From a virus, in the IMG/VR virus record IMGVR_UViG_3300031603_000001, positions 1 through 64,000 of that record: a stretch of 64,000 bases of DNA. One strand, 5' to 3'. Below the pieces are notes generated by a model, which saw nothing but the letters and a program-made list of their open reading frames with translations, did not search any database and had not been told where the DNA came from. The position numbers and the translations under genes were made by a program. Shown here one piece after another: positions 42,101-52,033 of the stretch. Position 1 is the stretch's first letter, and each line of letters begins with the position of its first letter.

Positions 42101-43247
42101 GAACTTGGCTGACGAAACAGGGGATTCTAATTATCAAGCGTACAGACCGGTAGTTGAACATCACATGGCCACCAGTCACACCAACATTATGCAGAATGAA
42201 ATCATTGCAACAGCAGAGCCTATTAGCAATAAAGTTACAGTGTATTACCCAGAATCAAATGCATTGTCTGATATTAAATTAAGCCCAAGTGAGTGGCCTA
42301 AAGACGCAGACCATAGACGCTCGTCAGTACTATCTTATGAGATAGATAACAATTACATTAGAGAGTACGTTAGCTTCCAGCGTAACGCTTCCGAAGATAT
42401 AAACGTATCCTTTACAGCATTAACAGAGAACCAAACCGGAGATGCGAGAAACGCTTTACCTATAGCTCAGCGTTTGGCGGACACCATCTTGTTAAATCAA
42501 GTAAAGCCTATGTATCAAGGCAATCTCGTACTCACAGGAGACCCCACCATTAAACCATGGCACGTGGTACACATTGTTGACATGGTTAATCAAATGGATG
42601 GGGTGATAGAGGTAGAGCAAGTTGTACACAATTATGACGCACACACAGGCTTCACTACCACCATAACTCCTAATTTGTACTGTACGCTTCGTAGCAACAA
42701 AGCTATGATTGATACCCAACTTATGAACTACCATGCACAAGCCTCATCCTTTATTAGATGGACACAATCAATAGTGAAAGGTGCGTGGACAGGCCTAAAC
42801 GTAGCGGGTGCCGGCTTCAGTGCTGCAGGAGTTTACGGAGCAGTGACCTCTGCGGGGTCAACCGCAGCCACAGCCGCAGCTACAGGAACAGCTGCAGCCA
42901 CAGGAGCAGTAGGTATCCAAGCCGGAGCCGCTGCTGCAGGGGGCGCAGTGTTCTGGCCAGTAGTTGTAGCAGCACTTGCTATAGGTTCAGCAACTTTCTG
43001 GGATAAATATCAAACAATGAAAATTACCCAATACGTTAACTCTACATTATTACACCATGGTAATGCTCCAATAGTAATGGCGTACCTCCACTACAGGAAC
43101 CGCCCGTACATAGCAGGGTTAGAAGGGGTAACCTCATTGAATAAAGATTTAGCAACAATCGTCTATGACAAACTAGACAAAGACCCAACCAATGCCGACG
43201 TACGAATGGGAGCACTGGGGCAGGTCGATAACCTAACCGGGAACTAA
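39150..43247 (+). CDS. Baseplate hub protein (T4 gp27 / Mu gp44 / GPD-like)
   Basis: AVQSITVVESK...STAILKLSN, GTKIMIRMGYG...FLGTITEV, LEIQAQSFG and YQGNLVLTGDPTIKPWHVV...VEQVVHNYDAHTGFTTTITP are hub-fold signatures. Confidence 0.8.
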   Translation: MVDIQPRYQNPATEGDGANPATAPPQRTWLNNFNTEDYTSWLKEVADSVRNNYPDFDFREDVVATYKSGGTPIDSHKLLHPAWYLASRSYTGPLDQVKTYLNKLRLYYQGTIGALFSTSAAAALHDRKDVLRKWLADEAGKGLQDEFHALLATGLKAGKSIVTESPFARGTTPVDYFNPNVFDSIDTILDDEHPFNKSGDGIAGEIDVTLTTSQLFNITLAYKLETYYAVQAVLASSLNVGSVSITVAGTNATLHTSDNLYKAIPDYKALFTLINNLSSNPANQATTIASLESITATTDSKNALNTPLGSVLRDLHLEITDLCTNGTMEAAIQPLGFLDIDAATLNVELDKQLALMKNNDWEDNFIKAFPTYRLFIIEEDTNQLRLFDDFYSYDAVQSITVVESKHAASSTAILKLSNVTGRLSTAGIEEFLYDHDNPAPLSSIQLRSGTKIMIRMGYGPDYRNLPVSFLGTITEVVPGPVLEIQAQSFGAELLHEFTTELEGTADAHDSMGQVVMTVLDQTPGLKHFGRWQLQQNQLDEKTTSGKTLSDAYKVANFAYLTGMLIQDFNLGALDMIGINPSQSGGLVAAADFINAWQQNTNAHAMLLNFGNDLYQNIYVNNKNPRLYGFLRFVSQLEVDGGGKLNWYIDNQSTWSALWELATHHGDYIVRPLIYNEGMSLFSGNQVRNTLYFGPREGTYKAFDTPYHLKSDDEISEGFATLYRGYTDAERADLPAQAAINAYKPGTTANALFTDKSYPHTYIQIPGKGKHHDPECTCLLPGPSNPLPSEVEAMTLIAKLTKGNLADAEIHRIRDLNRVQNDVFSLPRAIGSGVAESIDLLLGRPSELEYEGNMIFEIMKGYAPKLAEFGKAHLESMMDVEQGRATATTIDTPLDLFVAATPIGNLNMFMHIIAGGNPGRFTQGSHPTVGYILENQVEVAFETKEAYLEQWYTALRQDIPLIIANSTALGITPSLSEHPGLSHLKNLADETGDSNYQAYRPVVEHHMATSHTNIMQNEIIATAEPISNKVTVYYPESNALSDIKLSPSEWPKDADHRRSSVLSYEIDNNYIREYVSFQRNASEDINVSFTALTENQTGDARNALPIAQRLADTILLNQVKPMYQGNLVLTGDPTIKPWHVVHIVDMVNQMDGVIEVEQVVHNYDAHTGFTTTITPNLYCTLRSNKAMIDTQLMNYHAQASSFIRWTQSIVKGAWTGLNVAGAGFSAAGVYGAVTSAGSTAATAAATGTAAATGAVGIQAGAAAAGGAVFWPVVVAALAIGSATFWDKYQTMKITQYVNSTLLHHGNAPIVMAYLHYRNRPYIAGLEGVTSLNKDLATIVYDKLDKDPTNADVRMGALGQVDNLTGN

Positions 43248-43248
43248 G

Positions 43249-44547
43249 ATGGCAGATACTCAATTCCAAGAAGTGCTAGCACGTGTAAAGGTAGTAAGAC
43301 CTGATGGTATAATGGTCGACACACAACGTACTCATTGCTGGGGCATTGTAAAAATGAGAGGCAAAGACGATATTAACCCACGTGGTTCATATTATATAGT
43401 ACCGTTCTTTCCAAGGAAGATTAATGACCTGACTAAAAGGATTCAGTCAGGGCAGGATATACTACTTGATATTACCGTAGCACTGCCTCACATAGTATTA
43501 CACAGTGGTCTCAAAAAGAACGAAGTCTACGCAACTGAACGTTCAGAACTAGACTCACGTATAGCAAAGCTAGAGACTAACGCAGACGCATCACGTAAAG
43601 CTATTGAAAAGCTTTATGAGGAGAACTCACGGTTCTCAGGACATAGCTGGGACGTAGTAGCAGAGCGTGTAGAGGACTTCCAGAAGTCTATAGAAAAGGA
43701 TGAAGCAGAGCTTGAAGCCTTGACTAAAGAATCAGGATTCTTAGATACACCAGAGCGCGTATTAAGTCACGCTAAGTACATTGTAACACAAGTAGTATGG
43801 GAGTTGAAAGAAGCGGAAGCCCGCTTAGCGGCCGTACCCTTAGGTTCCCCTGACTACGTGTTCAAAGATCACCAAAATAGGATACTTATACTCCAAAGTA
43901 AATTACTGGAAGTACAACAGGATGTATTCCTAGCAGATAACACACTGGTTGATCAGCCAGTGGAGCCTACACTATTGTACACAGATCCCTTCGCAAAATT
44001 AACTACAGCAGAAGTAATAGCTCTGATTACCAAAGCAGTACTAGCAGACACTGTGACCAAGCACACTGTCAACCATAAGCCCCAAGGGTTTGTAGTCACG
44101 TTAGAAGACAGAGTGTTTAACGTTAACCAAACTGGTAATGTATTTAAGCACGATACGTCAACGACAGACATAACAGTACTTGATAGCCTCGGAGACGGTA
44201 AAATCATCACAGGCGATGAAGCCCTATCCATGGCGCCTAAAGGAATTCGCACCGCAGCCGGTGCATGGGACCATAAAGGCGTAGCCTACACCATTCGAGA
44301 TGACGGGTTTATTGTCATGGATGGTATACAAGAGATAAAGACTACTGCCTCACAAACCAAGGGTATTGTAGACGAGAACAGTCTTAGCCCTTTCTTCCCA
44401 GAGACAATAGTTACCTGGCCAGCAGCAATGAAATGGCTTCCGGCATTGGATTTTATCATCATGATTGGATGGAAACTAGCACAGTTTACTATGATAATCA
44501 CAAACCTATTAGATCAATTAGATCAAGCTAACAAAGAACGAGGATAA
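43249..44547 (+). CDS. Probable baseplate central spike (gpV/gp5-like) with a coiled-coil insertion
   Basis: Between hub and gp25-like genes; N-terminal ARVKVVRPDGIMVD OB-fold-like start; heptad region at about aa 85-230; short beta-strand repeats in the C-terminal half. Confidence 0.5.
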   Translation: MADTQFQEVLARVKVVRPDGIMVDTQRTHCWGIVKMRGKDDINPRGSYYIVPFFPRKINDLTKRIQSGQDILLDITVALPHIVLHSGLKKNEVYATERSELDSRIAKLETNADASRKAIEKLYEENSRFSGHSWDVVAERVEDFQKSIEKDEAELEALTKESGFLDTPERVLSHAKYIVTQVVWELKEAEARLAAVPLGSPDYVFKDHQNRILILQSKLLEVQQDVFLADNTLVDQPVEPTLLYTDPFAKLTTAEVIALITKAVLADTVTKHTVNHKPQGFVVTLEDRVFNVNQTGNVFKHDTSTTDITVLDSLGDGKIITGDEALSMAPKGIRTAAGAWDHKGVAYTIRDDGFIVMDGIQEIKTTASQTKGIVDENSLSPFFPETIVTWPAAMKWLPALDFIIMIGWKLAQFTMIITNLLDQLDQANKERG

Positions 44548-44549
44548 AC

Positions 44550-44993
44550 ATGCAGACAATGCTTTGGACAGCAGACGGAGACCTAGCACGTGGCTCAGCT
44601 GATGAGATCATCTCAGGCTCTGGACCAACAGCATTAACAAATCACATCTACTTTCTCTTAAGGCAGGCAGCAGCTGGGTTATCTTCTGGATTTAATATCC
44701 TTAAGTATGTAGGCAAGACTCCTACTCCGGTACGCTTAGGTGAACTACGCACAGAGCTAAGCACCTTCCTAAATGCAAACTTAAATATGCCTGAACCTGT
44801 ATCAATAGTAGTGAATAAGCTTGATAAAGCTATAATAACCATTGCTATATACTCAACTCGTACAGGATCAACCTCTACATCCTCAAGCTTCTCGTATAAA
44901 AACGGAAGCTGGAATATAGACACCCCTATACTATTAAATACGAATCCGGCCGAAGAGCCAGACAACATTCCTAATACACTATTGGATAGATAA
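44550..44993 (+). CDS. Baseplate wedge gp25-like (sheath initiator)
   Basis: MLWTADGDL start, 147 aa, immediately before the J-like gene. Confidence 0.65.
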   Translation: MQTMLWTADGDLARGSADEIISGSGPTALTNHIYFLLRQAAAGLSSGFNILKYVGKTPTPVRLGELRTELSTFLNANLNMPEPVSIVVNKLDKAIITIAIYSTRTGSTSTSSSFSYKNGSWNIDTPILLNTNPAEEPDNIPNTLLDR

Positions 44994-44995
44994 CC

Positions 44996-46138
44996 ATGAT
45001 ACCATCAATACAAACCCTAAAAGACCGCATAATTATACAGTTTCAAAATGGAGGGTTCCCCAAAGCAGGAGAACCTAACACTCCTGAAACTATGCTAGTT
45101 GATATGCTAGCACAGCAACAATATGAAGGGTATGTACAGCTGGACAGGCAGCTTATGAAAGCTGACCCAAGCAACGCGGTAGGCATCCAGTTAGATGAAG
45201 CAGGCGAATTTCGTGGCATACCTCGTCGTACGGCACAAGTGGCCATCGACATAACCCGCAGTAACGTATACTTCTTCCTAACTGATGGAGCTACAGTGCC
45301 TTTGACAGTTGGTAGAAACACCAATATTGCCACAGAGAAGGGCATCACATACTTAACCACTGAGCCTATTACCATTACAGCATCTGGCTACGAAAGCAGA
45401 CAATACGTAAGTGTACGTGCCGCAGGAGAAGGCCCTAACTACAACATCCAGGGCGGAGAACTCACCACACACGGTGTAGCCAATGCTCAGCTAAGAGTTA
45501 ACAACTTCCTACCTATCGAGACCGGCGCATCTACTGAGACAGACGAAGAGTATAGACCACGTGTACTGCAGAGTGACGCAATCGTCCGCGGAGGAAACTA
45601 CCCCGCACTAGAAGCACAGCTTCGTAGTATTCCAAATGTAGCTGATCTACGTATAATACCATTAAAATATGGTATAGGAACAGTGGGTATTTTCGTTGAA
45701 AGTACCAACCCTATAACAGGTCCGGCTCTACTAGCACAAGTGCAAGCAGAAGCGGAAGTAGCAGTGGACGCAGGTACACGCATCTTCGTTGAGTGGCCAG
45801 AACATTTATTCTTTCAAGCAGAGCCTGAGCTCGTACTGCAAGCCGGAACAACACTGGCTGGTGTACAGGCCCAAGTCAAAACTACCATGGTATCTTATAT
45901 CAATGGCTTAAAGCGTGGGGAAACTTTAGTATACAAAGCTCTTGAATCTCAAATCATTCAAGTTTCCGGAGTACTAGATGTGAGCTTCCGCTCAATACAA
46001 CGTGGAGTATACGACTTAGGTAAGCAGGACGTAACATACCTACAAGATATAAGCCCATCAAACCTACCAGCATCTTCTTTACAGAAGTGGGTAACAAGCG
46101 CAGAGCGTCTCACGGTCTGTGTAGCAGGGACTAACTAA
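44996..46138 (+). CDS. Baseplate J-like protein
   Basis: LDEAGEFRGIPRR, YLTTEPITI, VRAAGEGPNYNI, GASTETDEEYRPRV, YGIGTVGIFV, YINGLKRGETL and QVSGVLDV are baseplate J-family motifs. Confidence 0.92.
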   Translation: MIPSIQTLKDRIIIQFQNGGFPKAGEPNTPETMLVDMLAQQQYEGYVQLDRQLMKADPSNAVGIQLDEAGEFRGIPRRTAQVAIDITRSNVYFFLTDGATVPLTVGRNTNIATEKGITYLTTEPITITASGYESRQYVSVRAAGEGPNYNIQGGELTTHGVANAQLRVNNFLPIETGASTETDEEYRPRVLQSDAIVRGGNYPALEAQLRSIPNVADLRIIPLKYGIGTVGIFVESTNPITGPALLAQVQAEAEVAVDAGTRIFVEWPEHLFFQAEPELVLQAGTTLAGVQAQVKTTMVSYINGLKRGETLVYKALESQIIQVSGVLDVSFRSIQRGVYDLGKQDVTYLQDISPSNLPASSLQKWVTSAERLTVCVAGTN

Positions 46139-46140
46139 TC

Positions 46141-49100
46141 ATGCCAGGACGTGGAGTATACGCAGCAGCTAACGCCGCCAAACGAACGAATACATGGGGC
46201 CTTCTTACAGAAGATTCTATTCTTGTACAACCGTCGCGTATACTAGGGCAAGAGGCTGAAGCATTTGGCCACGTAGCAGACGCACAAATAAGTGCAGCCT
46301 ACAGTCACTTAACACGTCCCTATACAGCACGTGCGTGGTACAAATACCCGGCAGATGGGGTAAATGGGGCGTCTTACAATAGTGGAGTACAGTTAACTGG
46401 AGACGGCAAGACTCTACGAGAGACCACCACCTTACTTGACTTTAAAGAAGCGCCTCCAACATCGTACGAACATACAGCTGATTGGGTTGAAGCATTAGAT
46501 CTGTCGGCACTGACAGGGTTATCTATACTTGACTTCCACTACGTACGTAATTTACAAACTGCATTAACGGATGAAGGACAGGACGCAATAGTACTGCTAG
46601 CGGCAGGAACAGGCACCCTTGACCCTGCCTATCATATTTATTATGAAGATGGAACAACACATAATATACGCATACCATCAAGACGTAATAATTTTGAATC
46701 ATTAGGGTCTGACGAGAGGGTAAACGAAGTGGACTTTTCCTATACCCCTATACGTACACTCGACCCACGAATTGATAACGCTAAACTACTTGACCTATTT
46801 AGAAGTGATTCACACGAGTCCTACGACCAAAGTATTGCCCAATTCACGTCAGCAGAACTGCCTGTACCCGGGGCTATAACAGGCGAAGTTGTTAAACTAT
46901 CAGAAGTAGTGCACATAGATGACGGATTTCCTACAGGCACTTCAAACCCACTTGGAGGCATAGCAGATTGGTCATGGTCAGACGAAGGCTCTAATCCACC
47001 TGGCTACTTCTTTGTGGCAGGAGGCAGAGCTGTCTATAGAGAAACTATAAACCAGCCCACAATTGTTTACATGTATCACGACGATCCAATCGCCGCAGTG
47101 ACAGGCGTTCCTATAACAATAGACTTCGATTTACAAGGCGAACAATTAGCAGACCAGAATCCTAGTACATCAAACGAACCACGTATTGAGATGTACTTTG
47201 CCACAGAACTTCCTACGCCCACAGTCCCTACAGCCTTACTGGCAACAGTAGAGGAGACTACTAGCGAAGGTTATGATAGTTGGGTAGCAAACAAGTTTAC
47301 TATCGTTAACAATGCAGACACCCACTACACGGTTACGTTTACACCAACAGAGACGTCTGAATGCTACTTGATATTTAGAATGACAAAGACGATATCCAAT
47401 ATCAGCGCTAACGTTACTATGTTCTTAGATGACATATTAGTTAATGCTATCATACCACCAGTACCGTCCATAGTGACAGTACCTTCTACTGCATTCACTT
47501 TTAATACAATTACAATACCTGGAGCAGGTCGTTTAGAAAACGAACATTGCTGGGTAGATTCCACCGCATTACTTCATGTTAAATTTGATACAACAGAATT
47601 AACAGCTCAGTTGACTTCCACTTCTATATCATATAACGTAACAGCAACGTACGATGGCATTACCTTATCTTTATATGTAAACGGAGTACTACGCAACGCA
47701 ACGGCCTATGTATCATCCGGTGACCTTGATCTAACTAGCATTGCACAATGGGGCTCTACATCAGGAATCGTTGGCCCAACTTCTTATTGGAATAAAGCAT
47801 GGACACCCGCAGAAGTATTATTCACTAATGCATACCCGGGAATACTACCAATACATAGCCTAGGGTCGCAGCTTACTGAATCAGATATATTAGCTAACTT
47901 CACGTTCCAAGAACGAAGTGGCCAAACACTACATGACGTGGCTACAGGGACAAACAACATTGATTTAAGCAACTGGACATTTACATGGACTGAGTCAGAC
48001 TTGCTGCCTAGTTTTGCCAACTACAGTTACATTAAACATGGACTTGGTGTGTACGCCGCACAAGTAATACCGCTACCTGATATATTACAAGACACAATGA
48101 CAGTAGAAGTTAACTTCAGCGGAGTAGCAGCTAACGGTACTATACTTCACCTATACGGTGACGCCGATAATGAGCTCAAATTAATATCTAGTACAGCCGG
48201 GGCCAATATGCACTTGTCACATAAAGCGGACGGTACTACAGTAGTCACACCCGTACTTGGAGTTACCGCAGGTACTGCATACACTGCTCGGATACGTAAA
48301 GCCGCAGGCACGTTATATCTTACCATAGGTGTCGCTACTAGATCTAATGCAGTAGGAAACTTCAGAGCATCAGCCGCAGAAATCCACTATGGTGCCGATA
48401 AGACCGGCGCCGACAGTGTAAGCGGGGAGCACAGCATCAACCTAGTGGCCATAGCACCAGGGATTAACTGGACTAAGCCCATTAAGGACGATGCTAGCAA
48501 GCGGCCGGCTGCTTTCACACAGCAATGGGCTAATGATGTGTACAAGGGAGAGTTACGTAACCTTGTTAACAACTCATACCACCTAACGGTTGCCTCCCAA
48601 GATGCTTTCTCCTACATACCTGCAGTGAATACAGGCTACTGGACATACGCAGTTCCTATCACAAATAGTCCAGCGGCCTTCTACCACACTCCATATTTAA
48701 TAGACGGAGACCTGTTCCCTGTATACCCAGGTAACGTATGGGCAATGCAGTATGATTACCTTCCAGTAAAATCACCTGCAGCATTCTCTCCTAAAAGAAG
48801 TGGCCACGGTTACCGGCAGAAGACCGGCGACGTCTTTGAAAACGTCACTACAATTCTTAACACAGCCGACGGTAACACAGCTAAGTTGTATTACCGACAA
48901 CTGTCCCGCTTACGTATTGAAATAGAAGATCCCCGTATTCAAACAGGAACACAGTGTGTTATAGAAATAGAAGGTACCAAAGTAAGCACAGTAGAATGGA
49001 CAGACTCTTCTGCAGACTTCACTGATAAAATAGTAGATGCTAATCTATCTAAGCTAACAGCAGATATGGTTAAAGTATACAAAGCCTCTGCCCCTGTAGA

Positions 49101-49878
49101 AGCTACTGTTACAGTTGATGATAAATCGATACATATCACTGCTATTGATGATGGAGTACTTTCAGTAGTGATAAGCTACAGATCCACATCAGCGGCCACT
49201 AAGACAGCAGTCCGAGCTGATGGAAGCTTCGCAGTTATACAATTAGCAGCGGCCGACTACAGCGCATACCCATCTTCCCGTGGAGTAACAGTTACCGGCG
49301 TAACCTTAGAAACAGCATTCACGTACTCCATGCCAACATCTAGTCCGCAGGAGCATTACATAGATGAAGCCTTTAGTAATGTATACGGACAGGTTGGCAC
49401 AAATGGTACTGACACACATCTGGTATTCATGCATGCGCCAGATGGCGAAGTAGCCTACACACGTATTCACATTGAAGACACCCCAATTAGTACACGATAT
49501 TTTTACCACCATTGGGCTATACTTAGTAGCAACAACAGCATAGCCTGTTACTCAGCAAGTAACCCTGGTAAAAGGAAATGGAGCTACGCGCTTCCGGTAA
49601 GACCTACTGCCAGTTATGTTCCTCATTCATTTGAGTTTACTCCACAAAATGATATGTATGTACTTTACAGTGATGGTACCGATTTTGAACTTAAAAGCTT
49701 TACCCCTAGATACGACTATGCAATAGTCTTTCAAGAACCAGATACCGACGACACGGATAAGATTAAGCTGACTATATTCACACGTTACGAATACGCTCAG
49801 TTACAAATCGACTTAGATGGTACACCTGAGACAACTAAAGGGTACCTACTATACGCAGAAGGCCCTGAACTAATATGA
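46141..49878 (+). CDS. Large baseplate wedge/arm protein with LamG (concanavalin A-like) domains
   Basis: Follows the J-like gene. VTATYDGITLSLYVNGVL...SYWNKAWTPAEV and MTVEVNF...GTILHLYGD...YTARIRKAAGTLYLTIG are LamG-like. Confidence 0.6.
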   Translation: MPGRGVYAAANAAKRTNTWGLLTEDSILVQPSRILGQEAEAFGHVADAQISAAYSHLTRPYTARAWYKYPADGVNGASYNSGVQLTGDGKTLRETTTLLDFKEAPPTSYEHTADWVEALDLSALTGLSILDFHYVRNLQTALTDEGQDAIVLLAAGTGTLDPAYHIYYEDGTTHNIRIPSRRNNFESLGSDERVNEVDFSYTPIRTLDPRIDNAKLLDLFRSDSHESYDQSIAQFTSAELPVPGAITGEVVKLSEVVHIDDGFPTGTSNPLGGIADWSWSDEGSNPPGYFFVAGGRAVYRETINQPTIVYMYHDDPIAAVTGVPITIDFDLQGEQLADQNPSTSNEPRIEMYFATELPTPTVPTALLATVEETTSEGYDSWVANKFTIVNNADTHYTVTFTPTETSECYLIFRMTKTISNISANVTMFLDDILVNAIIPPVPSIVTVPSTAFTFNTITIPGAGRLENEHCWVDSTALLHVKFDTTELTAQLTSTSISYNVTATYDGITLSLYVNGVLRNATAYVSSGDLDLTSIAQWGSTSGIVGPTSYWNKAWTPAEVLFTNAYPGILPIHSLGSQLTESDILANFTFQERSGQTLHDVATGTNNIDLSNWTFTWTESDLLPSFANYSYIKHGLGVYAAQVIPLPDILQDTMTVEVNFSGVAANGTILHLYGDADNELKLISSTAGANMHLSHKADGTTVVTPVLGVTAGTAYTARIRKAAGTLYLTIGVATRSNAVGNFRASAAEIHYGADKTGADSVSGEHSINLVAIAPGINWTKPIKDDASKRPAAFTQQWANDVYKGELRNLVNNSYHLTVASQDAFSYIPAVNTGYWTYAVPITNSPAAFYHTPYLIDGDLFPVYPGNVWAMQYDYLPVKSPAAFSPKRSGHGYRQKTGDVFENVTTILNTADGNTAKLYYRQLSRLRIEIEDPRIQTGTQCVIEIEGTKVSTVEWTDSSADFTDKIVDANLSKLTADMVKVYKASAPVEATVTVDDKSIHITAIDDGVLSVVISYRSTSAATKTAVRADGSFAVIQLAAADYSAYPSSRGVTVTGVTLETAFTYSMPTSSPQEHYIDEAFSNVYGQVGTNGTDTHLVFMHAPDGEVAYTRIHIEDTPISTRYFYHHWAILSSNNSIACYSASNPGKRKWSYALPVRPTASYVPHSFEFTPQNDMYVLYSDGTDFELKSFTPRYDYAIVFQEPDTDDTDKIKLTIFTRYEYAQLQIDLDGTPETTKGYLLYAEGPELI

Positions 49879-52016
49879 CAATTATAACCATACCAAAAGC
49901 GAATGCGGAAACATATACCAATGCAAAACTAGGACTGAACATTGAACAGTTCACTAAAGGCATACCTGAGCCAGTAACTTCTGTCTACTCCGTAATGGAG
50001 CTGAGTGATATACTCACACGTATGACTTCCGGCAGAACAGATGCTACCATACAGGGACTGGTCAATTCCTTTGCAGCCTTATTTAACACAACGTTATATC
50101 GTGCCAATGAAACCCGTGGAGTTGTCATACAATACCCCGCTGATCGTTTCTTTAGATTAAAGAAGTTTAACCCAGCAGTTCCTGGCACCCACTTGGTTGG
50201 TACCCACCTATACAACTTTGATTCAAACGGTAATTTTGTAGTACCAGCCGTTCCTCTTATCCCCTCTGGAGCATATGGTGATACAACATTTATCTATGGC
50301 CAACCGGATAAGCGAATAACAAATGAGACTGTAAAGTTCTCAATGTACATGGACGGCGATACCACTAAATCTATAGATTACACCCTTAACACAGTACCAG
50401 GTAAAGAAGATCCAACCCTGGACCAAATAGCAATCTACTCACTCAACGACCCGGAGACAGTACGTGACATATTCCTCAGACTACCAGAGTCGGCACAGAT
50501 ATATGATCATATAATGTCCGCAGGAGGGTACGGTTTTACTTGGGGAAGATTCAAGTGGGATACACATCGCTGGGATAATCCTAAGCCAGGTGGGTTATAC
50601 CCGTCTAAGTTTGACAGTGTGTCCGCAGAGATAGAAGCTACCGCAGGTCTTCCTACCAAACACCACAATGGTGTACTTAATGTGTACAAAGATCTTGTAA
50701 TACAAGATACGCTATCTGCAGAAGACTCAATACAAGTAACAGCGGGTTACTTATTATGGGGTGGTATTAAAATATACTTAGCAGGTTACTGTAACTTCTT
50801 ACCGGACACATCAGTGGATCCAGTTAACTTAGCTGACGCAGTTACAGCTGCAGCGGACGACGATTATACAGAGACTCTGGTCATAGATCCTGGCACTCGC
50901 AACCTTATGGCCCCTACAACTGTCATCACAGATACACCTTTATCGCTGTACACAGATGACTCCGCGGCCTTACCTGTAGAAACAGTATTAGCAGCGGCCA
51001 CAGCAGGAACGTCACCGTGGACATTTGTAGCAGTTGAACAACTCTACCCGTCATTAACTTATGGAGTTGAGAAATACTCAGCCCTTGATTCAATAATAGA
51101 TAACGGACTAGGCGCTACTGTGACAATAACTATAGCAACCAATACCGTAAATGTTACAACAGGAATGACTAAGCCAGTGGCCGGAGAGTACATAAAAGTG
51201 TACGCAGAGTCACATGCAGTGAACTCTGGCCTGTCCCTTGATGCAGCTTTGGCTGGAGGATACTACCCTATTTTCCAACACCCTTGGAAACTTCAGGGAC
51301 TAAACTCTGTTATAGATTTTGATCCTAATGCACTTGATTTTATAGCACCAGATGGAACTAGCCTCTCACGAGTAGTTCTTCCTAAACAAATAGAAGAAGT
51401 AGAAGACCCAGGCAGTCTACTAGACTCGTATCTAGATGATCTTAATACAGAGATGGCTTCATGGCCACTAGGTTCATACGATCCAGACACAGGGGCAACC
51501 GCAGGTAAGCTGTGCTACACAGAGACTGAAGATGAAGACGGCATCGTCACCCTTAAGCTACGACACTCGGAGCTAGAGTCATACAGCGCTGACGAAGTTA
51601 CTTGGGTATATGATCAGAAGGAAGACGGGTTATTAAGTACAGGCATTCCAAAAGACAGTCAGAAGTACGACCTTGGCCATACTATACTATCCTTTGAAGA
51701 TGTAGGTACTCTAGCTACAGCGGTAGTAGAAGCATCTTCCCCCGTCTCTGCCGCTACACAAGTTATCACATTAGTAATTAAACCAATTGATTCACGTGGA
51801 AACCGTATGTCTGGAGTAGACTTTAAGGTCTCGGGCATTACTGGTGTAGATACCACAGCAGTACATCATTCCCGCCTCGACGGACTTTTATTTATACCCC
51901 TCACTGTACAAGCCTTTACCAGTGGAAAGCAGACTATAGCACCCGTCTTAACACATTATGTAGGCGATGATATACAGACTGCCATAACATTGAGTATAGC
52001 GCTCTACGAAGCCTAA
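49875..52016 (+). CDS. Baseplate/tail structural protein
   Basis: ATGA coupling; GFTWGRFKWDTHRWD aromatic repeat seen in wedge proteins; C-terminal Ig-like segment (ITLVIKPIDSRGNRMSGVDF). Confidence 0.55.
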   Translation: MTIITIPKANAETYTNAKLGLNIEQFTKGIPEPVTSVYSVMELSDILTRMTSGRTDATIQGLVNSFAALFNTTLYRANETRGVVIQYPADRFFRLKKFNPAVPGTHLVGTHLYNFDSNGNFVVPAVPLIPSGAYGDTTFIYGQPDKRITNETVKFSMYMDGDTTKSIDYTLNTVPGKEDPTLDQIAIYSLNDPETVRDIFLRLPESAQIYDHIMSAGGYGFTWGRFKWDTHRWDNPKPGGLYPSKFDSVSAEIEATAGLPTKHHNGVLNVYKDLVIQDTLSAEDSIQVTAGYLLWGGIKIYLAGYCNFLPDTSVDPVNLADAVTAAADDDYTETLVIDPGTRNLMAPTTVITDTPLSLYTDDSAALPVETVLAAATAGTSPWTFVAVEQLYPSLTYGVEKYSALDSIIDNGLGATVTITIATNTVNVTTGMTKPVAGEYIKVYAESHAVNSGLSLDAALAGGYYPIFQHPWKLQGLNSVIDFDPNALDFIAPDGTSLSRVVLPKQIEEVEDPGSLLDSYLDDLNTEMASWPLGSYDPDTGATAGKLCYTETEDEDGIVTLKLRHSELESYSADEVTWVYDQKEDGLLSTGIPKDSQKYDLGHTILSFEDVGTLATAVVEASSPVSAATQVITLVIKPIDSRGNRMSGVDFKVSGITGVDTTAVHHSRLDGLLFIPLTVQAFTSGKQTIAPVLTHYVGDDIQTAITLSIALYEA

Positions 52017-52033
52017 CACACAAGGATTTAACA

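Noticed and set aside
45248-45256. Additional GACATAAC copy inside the baseplate J-like gene
   Set aside because: It matches only the 8-nt core, which could occur by chance in A/C-rich DNA of this length, and it is mid-gene.
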